Assembly: GCA_951406725.2 (NCBI GenBank)
Contig: OX597820.1
Location: 56,544,001-56,608,000 of the forward strand
Direction: 5' to 3'
DNA: 64,000 nucleotides
Source: Octopus vulgaris
Taxonomy: Eukaryota
How positions within the stretch are numbered: the stretch's first letter is position 1; each line of letters starts with the position of its first letter. The translations under genes were made by a program, and so were the position numbers. This document shows positions 55,119-64,000 of this stretch, piece after piece. Below the pieces are notes generated by a model. That model was not told where the DNA came from. It was given only the letters and a program-made list of their open reading frames with translations, and made no database searches.

Positions 55119-55834
55119 ATACACATTCTGTTATACACATGCACACAAGCAGGTTCGCGCTCAAATACACACATTTATAAACATATAAACACATTTATGC
55201 ATACAGATAAGCACATACGCACACGCACACACACAAACAGATGAATACACATACACTTATATAGGAGAAAAAATTACAAAAAATCAAGTATTACCATGTA
55301 CAATTATATTTTTGATGATCACACATATATACATATACACATATACATGCATAGAAAGTTTATCGGACGCGCGCGAGCATACTAGCGCATGCATAATCGT
55401 GCAAACACACGCACAATGACGATAATGATGATGATGATGATGACGGACCCTTTGGTTTTAACGGTGTTTAGTTGTTAGATCAACTGAACAAACTAATCAT
55501 TAAATTAACGTGCAAAAGTGTCCGTGTATCCCACAGACAGTATCTTTAGCATAACCCTGAGACAGAATTCGCACGATACGATAATACGTGACAAAACTGG
55601 TTGGATCCTTTGAATTACATGTACAATCCATTCGCCAGCGCTTCCACATAGTTTCCACCAATTCAGTTTTATTCCCAAGTTTTAGGTCGATCCCCGCCCC
55701 CTAACAAGCTCCGGTAAAATATTCTATGTCCAAGATGTCATGTAGAGGAATTGAATTCTGGGCTCCATGATTGCGAATCGAATTTAACTACTCTGCCTTT
55801 ACCATATCTATGTGCAGGTGATAGCCACATGTAC

Positions 55835-56010
55835 AGGCATGGCTGTGTGGTTATGAAACTCGCTTTGCGATCGCGTGGTTCCGAGTTCACCTTCTGCCTG
55901 CGCAGCATCTAGGGATATTTTCTTCTACTATATCCCCAGGCCGGGCAATACCATTTGTAAGTGACTTTTGTAGGCGGAAACTGTAAGGAAATTCGTATAT
56001 ATATATATAT
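55835..56010 (+). mobile_element. SINE family A, 5' half
   Basis: ggcatggctgtgtggtta...gtaggcggaaactg...cgtatatat. Confidence 0.75.
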
Positions 56011-56014
56011 ATAA

Positions 56015-56208
56015 CTTGTTTGAACTTTCTGATTTTCTTACTCTGTTTCTTACTCCGTACGTTGATTTCCTCATATTCCTTTCTGTTGAAGAGCGTAGGC
56101 TCGAAACGTAAAAGACTTTCTCACTTTCCCGAGCGTCAAACTAATACACCTTCTTGTTGTTCATGCACTTGTCTTTGTCTTTTGGTTTTCTGTAAATTTC
56201 AACTATAT
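56015..56208 (+). mobile_element. HHR-bearing short element family D
   Basis: CTTT-CTGTTGA-A-GAGC-GTAG-GCTC-GAAA-CGT-A-AAAG at 56079-56114. Confidence 0.72.
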
Positions 56209-56211
56209 ATA

Positions 56212-56246
<35 letters not shown>

Positions 56247-56738
56247 TAAATGGATACGCTTTAGTTGTCAGAAAGAGTAGAATATTCCATTATGTTAAGT
56301 GTCGTACCTTTGCATTAATAAGTTCAGATTCCACGGAGATAGGGGTGAGTGGGACTCAAATTGGTAGAATCGTTAGAATATCAGATCAAATGTCTTGCCG
56401 TATTTGTTTCGGGTCTTTATGTTCTCAGCTCAAATTCCGCTCATCTGAATATTGCCATTTTATTGCGTTCTGAATTTAAATCCTGCCGTTTTCAAATTTG
56501 CGCAGCGAAAGCTTGAACGTGACACATCGCTGCGCTCGCATCGCCCCTTCTAAGAATAGTGCGAGGTGCGTCGTTTCGAATCATCGCTCCCGAGTCGGGT
56601 CCGCACGTTCGAAACGAGCCGCTCCTCTCCTGATCGGAGACGGCCGCATATCATAGGTGTTGCGACGCGACGAATGCTTAACTTCGCCATTTTTCGTATC
56701 ATGATGGACAAATTAAAGTAACAATCAAATACAGGGTT

Positions 56739-56798
<60 letters not shown>

Positions 56799-57169
56799 TT
56801 TCTCTCCACGTGTCACATCTTGAACGTTCCACTGGGCTAATCTAATAATGAGAAGGTCAAGAAGATATCTGTATCAGCACACGAGTGCATGAGCACCAAA
56901 AGAAAAATAAGGCATTTGTGAAAAGCATGATGTCTGATACCCTGTCCACCATGTTTGGACTACATAATTCAATGTCTTTTGTTTTCTAACATAGAAGAAT
57001 GTGATTTCAAGAAGATTTGGTCAGTTTCTAGAAGGTCGAATGATCAAGTAGTGATTCGTTCGTCGTCTCGCGAAAAATCGATATCATTTAATATACTGGA
57101 ATGACAAATACAGTAGTGTTTTATTTCCTTGAAGTTTATTTAGATCTTTAACAGAATAAATATTTTGTG

Positions 57170-57420
57170 CGTAGTGAAGCGCACAGTTGTTACACTCATG
57201 ATCGTAAAATTGTGGTTTCGATTCCTTGACGGTCAGTGCGTTGTGTTCTCGAGAAAAAAACAAAACAAGACAAAAAATCCTTCAGTTTAGCTGTAAATGA
57301 GTTCCAGCAATAGCGGGGAAGCTGATCCTGCGACGACAGACTGGCGTTCCATTTAACGTGTGAGTGTTGTAATCTCGGGTTCAACTCCGGCCTTATGAGT
57401 TCTGCGGCTCAAGACAGACC
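57170..57420 (+). mobile_element. Degenerate SINE family C2
   Basis: catgatcgtaaaattgtggtttcgattcc...gacagactggcgttcc. Confidence 0.65.
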
Positions 57421-58519
57421 TAAGTAAGTATGTAGTGCAATCTTTCTGTGTTTGCTTGACGTAATCTGCATTTACTCAACAGTTCTATCCCCTAAGGAAA
57501 TTCAATTGTTCTCTGGATTTTATTTTTAGTTTTAACTCATCTTAATAATAAATTTTTAATTTGTTGAAAAATTGAGGAAAAGAATTGAACGAAATTGTGT
57601 TTTTGTGTATATTCAACGTGAATAATACGAATGCTAAAAAAAAAGTAATCACAATGTAATCTCCTTTATATAGCAAGCATAATACCTTTTGTGTCAAAAG
57701 AATTACTACCGAACAATGAACATAGAATGATAGAAATGGACAAACTAAAATTATTGTATATATTCACTGGTGCACTCATGCTTAGTTCAGTCCAATTCTT
57801 TAGATGATATTTTTCTTATAAAATTTAATCTTTTTCTTGAGTTTCGTTAAGTCTGGACTGTTTAACCTGTGCACTGTACTGTCTGTTTCTTATTCTATTT
57901 CTGTAAGGAAATGTCGATCAAAAGAAATATCTTTATTTTCATTTATACATTTACTGTATCGTATTTGTTATTTGCTGTATCGTGTTTGTTATTTTTACCT
58001 AATAATTTGAAGTTTATTTAAGTTGCCGTAAAGTATTATGAACAATTTTTTTGAAATTCGTCAGTTCATAGTGAGAAAGAAGAATAATGCCGAAAATGAC
58101 CTTTACAGACTCTGCCATACTGAACTTTAATAGATCAGTATCTGCAGGAGAAGGAGGGGAAAAATGATAACACGGGTGAGGAGAGAATTTGCAGCTTTGT
58201 GGAGAAAAGTTTGCACAAAGAATTTGATTCAGGATATGAAGCGGTGAGTATACACGCCACCTCATATCTTGTGTTTCCATGCGAGAAGGAAGTCAATGGG
58301 TAAATGCAAATGCATTAAATGTGATTCAGTGTCGAGAGGATGTAGTTTGCTTATTCAGAGAAGAGGTAGTTTTAGTGTCACTAAATACGGTAGAAAAATG
58401 TTTAACCCGCCCGTTCGCAGTTTTGGAGTGATCTAAATTAAACCCTCTCATCAACGTTCCATGCTAATGGAATGTTCTAAACACCAGCTTAATAACAACG
58501 AAGTTGTTTTCCTAAATTA

Positions 58520-58934
58520 CTCTTTACTCTCTTTTACTCTTTTACTTGTTTCAGTCATTTGACTGCGGCCATGCTGGAGCACCGCCTTTAATCGAGCAAC
58601 TCGACCCCGGGACTTATTCTTTTGTAAGCCCAGTACTTATTCTATCGGTCTCTTTTGCCGAACCGCTAAGTTACGGGGACATAACACACCAGCATCGGTT
58701 GTCAAGCAATGCTAGGGGGACAAACACAGACACACAAACACACATATGCATATGTATATATACATATATACGACGAGCTTCTTTCAGTTTCCGTCTACCA
58801 AATCCACTCACAAGGCTTTGGTCGACCCGAGGCTATAGTAGAAGACACTTGCCCAAGGTGCCACGCAGTGGGACTGAACCCGGAACCATGTGGTTGGTAA
58901 ACAAGCTACTTACCACACAGCCATTCCTGCGCCT
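58520..58934 (-). mobile_element. SINE family A, full length
   Basis: Near-consensus copy. Confidence 0.93.
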
Positions 58935-58977
58935 AATAAATTCTTTATTATTTTAAAATTTAGCTGAAATAAAGATA

Positions 58978-59430
58978 GTGGGCTTTACTCCCTCCAACGC
59001 CACCGTGAGCGCTATATCCTCTGTATGATGTGGAAAATATTCCATCAACATTGCCCAAATGATATAGGTATCAACTTTAAAATTCATCCGAGGCTTGGCC
59101 CTCGTGCCATTCGTCCACTACAGAAATCCTGTTCGTGTCGTATCACAACAGTACGACGGAACTATTTCAACTCAACTGGCCCTGCTCTCTTCAGCATCGT
59201 GTCAGCCCACATAAAGGAGGAAAGGGATTTTACGGCATTCAAACGGTCCCTAGATAATTACCTCAAGCAAATACCAGATAAACCACCCACACCCGGATAT
59301 GTCTCTGTAAACAATAACTCTCTGCTCGAATGGGCTATGGTGCCCAAGAGCTGACAGTGTATCTCTTCCAGGTGGTGCTATTAAATTAGACATGGCCTGG
59401 GCCAACTTATCTAAGACTCTAAGACTCTAT
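58978..59430 (+). mobile_element. 3' end of a CR1-like LINE
   Basis: GLYSLQRHRERYILCMMWKI...GPALFS...FKRSLDNYLKQIPDKP...NNSLLEW; short 3' UTR and (CTAAGACT)2 tail. Confidence 0.88.
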
Positions 59431-59559
59431 TCCAACAGAAATATATAGTAACAAAAGGATTAAAATACAGTAGGTCTACGATGCTCCTACATGTATAGAA
59501 AAGTACTTTTGAACAGAAGTATCTTTAATTCAATCAAAAATTATACACACATGATACAA

Positions 59560-60367
59560 GAATAGTTCTTTGAATAAAATTGTATGTAATTCGAGAGAAA
59601 AAAATACACACTTCTTTAAATTATGCAGCAGGTAAAGAAAACATGAAATACAAAAAAATACACGGTACTACTGGTTCTGCTCAATTTTAAACTTTTATAT
59701 AGGTTTGATTGCTTTGCCTTTCTCTTACAAACCTCTAATTTTTCTCTATAACAATTCAACGTTACTATTTTAGATCTTTTAAATATCATGCTTCGTTCAA
59801 AATTTAAATAGTCTTCTGAAAGTCTTTCTAAAGCACGAGTTATTTCACTAGAGAATTTAGATAATATCTTTGTTAATGATAAAATCGGTTGCAGTAATGG
59901 GTGGGGGATATTTTCTTCGTTATCTAAACTAGACACTTGCAGTCCTGTTAACTCCTTAAAGTCTTCATAATTAAAAGTCTTTTTATCAGTATGCAATAAA
60001 TTTTGAATATCACTTGCATCAAGTTCTTCAAATCCTAATTCCTGTGCCATTTCTACAGTGCTATTATTGATTGAGATTAATTCTCCCCTATCCTATGCCC
60101 TTCCTTAACGACATTAAGACATAATTTATTCCAAACACCAATGTAGCATGTATGTTTAACTTCTTCCCAGGCGTTTTCAATATTTTTTTATTGCTTGCGT
60201 AATGCAATTTATCCGGCATTTTTTGACTGACTGATATTTATCATCAGTCACTATACTCACCTGACTAAAAAGATTTTAGATAACATGCCTTGCAAATAGA
60301 AATAACTTGTCCCTGATCCATAGGCTGTAGTTGTAAAGTTGTGCTTGGTGAAATGAAAACAATTTCA
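59560..60367 (-). mobile_element. Decayed pogo/Tigger transposase remnant
   Basis: IVFISPSTTLQLQPMDQG (FLPPNTT..LQPMDQG), IENAWEEV, GFEELDASDIQNLL. Confidence 0.8.
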
Positions 60368-60944
60368 TCAGGTACGCACGTTTGGAGTGAATCGAGAATT
60401 GAAGGATGGCCAGGAGCGCCATCCAAAAGTAGAATCATTTGACTTTGGGAATATTCTTCTCACAGTAACGTTTGACAGCAGGACTGAAATGTTTAACGAA
60501 CCATTCAGTAAATTTTCTGCTAGATTCCTATAGATTTCCATTCTCATCGTAGAAAACGACACATGTTCTGACAGTCTTTGTATGTATGTATGTATGTATG
60601 TATGTATGTATGTATGTATGTATGTATGTATGTATGTATGTATGTATGTATGTATGTATGCATGCATGTATGTATGTATGTCTGTATGTATGCATGTATG
60701 TATGTATGTATGTAGTTTTCGGATAAATTTGTTCGATTCTTTCCTGTGTTATTTAAATTAACAGAAATAATATTTTTATCAGTTTTAAGTAATTTTTTGC
60801 AGTCCCATTTTTCTTCTACAATTTTTGTTTATGGTTATAGAAATTTAAATAAATTTTATCACTTTTCAGACATATAACGATGGACTGGATAATAGTACAA
60901 AAAAAGAAAAAAAACCCAGCAAAAACAACAAACAAACAAAAACT

Positions 60945-61445
60945 CCGAGCATTTTTGATATTGTCTTCTCTTCGCTTTTGACCAAGGCTCCAAAGCTGTC
61001 AAAGTAGCTCGAGATATATGTACTGTGTAAGGAGAAAGAGCCATTACTGAAAAAAGTGCACAGAAATAGTTTTCACTCTTCAATGACGGGAAATTCGACC
61101 TCACAAACCAGCCAATTTAGTTGAATGAAGATTGATTGAACGAGCACAACCACGAGGATCCGCGCCTACCCACAAGGACATTGACCCGGCAAATGGGATA
61201 GTTTCATGAAAGCGTCTTCCGTCACCTTTATTCGATGGATAAGATCCAAAAACTCGGTGCATGAAGGCTACACATTCTGAAACAAACTCCAGCGCGCTTC
61301 TCTCGCCATCAGTTTGCTCACCCACCTATGCTACTCGGGGAGAGAAGCAGAGATTTCTTTATCACACCATCACTGACGATGAAAAATTGTGTCTTTACGT
61401 CAATATGAAGCAAAGAAAGAATGGATGTCTCTCGACAAACAAGCA
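60945..61445 (+). mobile_element. Decayed mariner transposase remnant
   Basis: LLFAFDQGSKAVKVARDICTV*G, FNDGKFDL, FLYHTITDDEKLCLYVN (I.TGDEKW motif). Confidence 0.82.
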
Positions 61446-61464
61446 GCATGTGCTGCATTTGCTG

Positions 61465-61897
61465 AAACTCATCCATCAATCCATTTTCGTCGCCTACTAT
61501 TCCTGGATCCAGCGGGTAAAGTCTTCAGGTACCGCCAGCATAGGGCCATATCCGAAGCGATCATCGTAACACTTTCTTATAGGATTCCAAAGCATCACAA
61601 ACTGAAACTATAGATATTATCCACGCATCTCAATCTTGGTCTACCCCGAGGTCTTCTGCTGGTTGGCTCAGCCTGAAGAATCTGTCTTGTGATTCTTTCC
61701 TGTGATACTCTCTCTCTTTTTTACATCTTTCAGTCATTTGACTGTGGCCATGCTGGAGCACCGCCTTTAGTCAAGCAAATCGATCCCAGGACTTATTCTT
61801 TATAAGCCTAGTACTTATTCTATCGGTCTCTTTTGCCGAACCGCCAAGTTACGGGGACGCAAACACACCAGCATCGGTTGTCAAGCGATGTTGGGGG

Positions 61898-61975
<78 letters not shown>

Positions 61976-62335
61976 TATATACATATACACGGCGGGCTTC
62001 TTTCAGTTTCCGTCTACCAGATCCACTCACAAGGCTTTGCTCGGCCCGAGGCTATAGCAGTAGACACTCGACCAAGGTGCCACGCAGTGGGACTGAACCC
62101 GGAACCATGTGGTTCGTAAGCAAGCTACTTACCACACAGCCACTCCTTTGCATATCCGTAATATCAAAACTATGACGTCTCAATGCGGAGAAGTAGCAAC
62201 TCGATCTGGAGAGACTTCCTGATTTCCGAGCTACGCAGCCTGTCACATAACATTACTCCAGAGACCCTTCAGTAGAAGCTCATTTAGTCGCATGTATACG
62301 CCATTGTACTCTTTCTGTTATTAAGCTGGGGGATG
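61465..62335 (-). mobile_element. RTE-clade LINE 3' fragment split by a SINE A insertion
   Basis: ITERVQWRIHAT...DRLRSSEIRKSLQIELLLLRIE then RVSQERITRQILQAEPTSRRPRGRPRLRCVD; tail tggattgatggatg. Confidence 0.82.
61710..62147 (-). mobile_element. SINE family A, full length
   Basis: Near-consensus copy nested in the RTE fragment. Confidence 0.92.
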
Positions 62336-62479
62336 CAGAAAAAGAGAACCGAGTCATAGTCAGTCAGGAGCTATATGATCATTGGTACGTTATAGAAAAC
62401 TTTGATGGGGAAACATGACTGTACACCTACAATGTCGATACAAAAAAAAAACAAAAACAAAAAAACAGTCGTCGCATTG

Positions 62480-62780
62480 CTGCCTCGCCCTCACTCCGAA
62501 ATTTGTATCATTGGTCCGACAACATTGATATAGAGTTTTATTTCTTTGAAAAAGGCAGTACGAAGGAAGAGGTATCAGGTATGAATAAAACCTGGTTTCT
62601 GCAACTCTACAACGCGACTCTTCATGCATTTCTCATGCATGAAGTTTTTCACAAAACGAGAATCGATTTGCGTCCCTTGGTGCCTTACTGTCCTGGTTTG
62701 GTCACTGTAGACTTTTTTTCTTCCTAAAGCTGAAATCAAACCTGAAAGGTCACCGATTTCAGACTATAGAAGAAATCGTT
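62480..62780 (+). mobile_element. Decayed mariner C-terminal remnant
   Basis: WFLQLYNATLH, PYCPGLVTVDFF, PKLKSNLKGHRFQTIEEI (YSPDLAP.DF.LFPKLK..LKG.RF). Confidence 0.78.
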
Positions 62781-63216
62781 TCTAGGTCTGGGTCGCTATT
62801 TATGAACTTCGTTAGATATTGTACGCCACAGACAATCCTCTCTGCACGCTATGTAGCTAATGGAATCAAAATTAAATTATTTTCTGGTGACTGTGGGCGT
62901 GTGATACCGGTAACAGAGCACAACGGCGACCCAAACTCTGTTTCAAAAGATGTCAGCTACAGAGACATGGAGTTACTGAACATGAAGTTCGAAAAGCGGG
63001 AGGATATTGCAAGAAGTGTACACGTATTAAAATATGATGCATATACGAATGTATGTGTTCATACGCAAGGTGATCGATTGACAAAGTCGAGATACCATCG
63101 GATAGAATGCATTGCGATATTTGTGTCAATGAGTTCAAATACCATTAAAGCTAGCCTTACCTTTCTTCCTATCAGGGCGGATTAATAAAGCAGCACTCTA
63201 GTGTTGGTGTAGTCTT

Positions 63217-63249
<33 letters not shown>

Positions 63250-63436
63250 TCTCTCTCTCTCCCACTCTCTCTCTCCCTCTCTTTCTCCATATGTTAAATT
63301 CTAAATGTTCTACAAGTCCAAAGATGGGATAGCTGAGATGTCTCTGCTCACGTCTACATACGCACAACACCCAATTAGCGACAACATGGTATACGCTGCC
63401 AAGTTATACTCGATTATCAGACACAGCTGAATTTGT

Positions 63437-63504
<68 letters not shown>

Positions 63505-63726
63505 ACACGTAAACACACACACACATGTGTTTTCTGACTGTTTGGTTCAGCATAATTTTGGATGTATGTATGCCGCTAAATAAAAGAACCACAGTTACAA
63601 TCACACAGGGAAATCGTATAGACAACAACTCCTCCACACTTCCAATTTAACAGCAATCATTCAAAAAGCAAGCAACGATCATTTTCAATAGATTTTACAT
63701 ACATATTTAAGCATATATATGCATAT

Positions 63727-63804
<78 letters not shown>

Positions 63805-64000
63805 GTATGTACTGGCGTATGTATTTATATGTGTATGTGGGTATACATCTACCATTACTGTGTGATATACATAATGAAACAGCAAACATTATCTCCACTA
63901 TACGAAAGACTTTAAACATTGTGGTTAGGCTTGCTTCACTTGGAGATAATTGGCTTTTCAAAAACTAGATTGCTTATTAAATTGGTTTGTGGCCTGACAA

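Overview
AT-rich, repeat-dominated eukaryotic non-coding DNA (intronic or intergenic). The microsatellite load and the SINE/LINE repertoire resemble an octopus (coleoid cephalopod) genome; this is recognition from memory, not a search result. No intact host gene, rRNA or true tRNA is supported, and nearly all long ORFs are microsatellite translations. The window holds about 20 copies of one tRNA-derived SINE (family A), two further SINE families (B, C), decayed LINEs (CR1-like, RTE, R4/Dong-like and another restriction-like-endonuclease family), a Penelope-like element with an inverted pseudo-LTR, Tc1/mariner, pogo and hAT remnants, a mariner MITE, a Helentron-type (HINE/DINE-1-like) element and a probable solo LTR. 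The most striking signal is about a dozen type I hammerhead ribozyme (HHR) motifs of several designs, found by eye in short microsatellite-flanked elements. They include a long-stem-II class, a recurrent CUGUUGA core variant, and one HHR sharing a Penelope pseudo-LTR with a tRNA-like Pol III promoter. All coordinates were read by hand; element boundaries are approximate.
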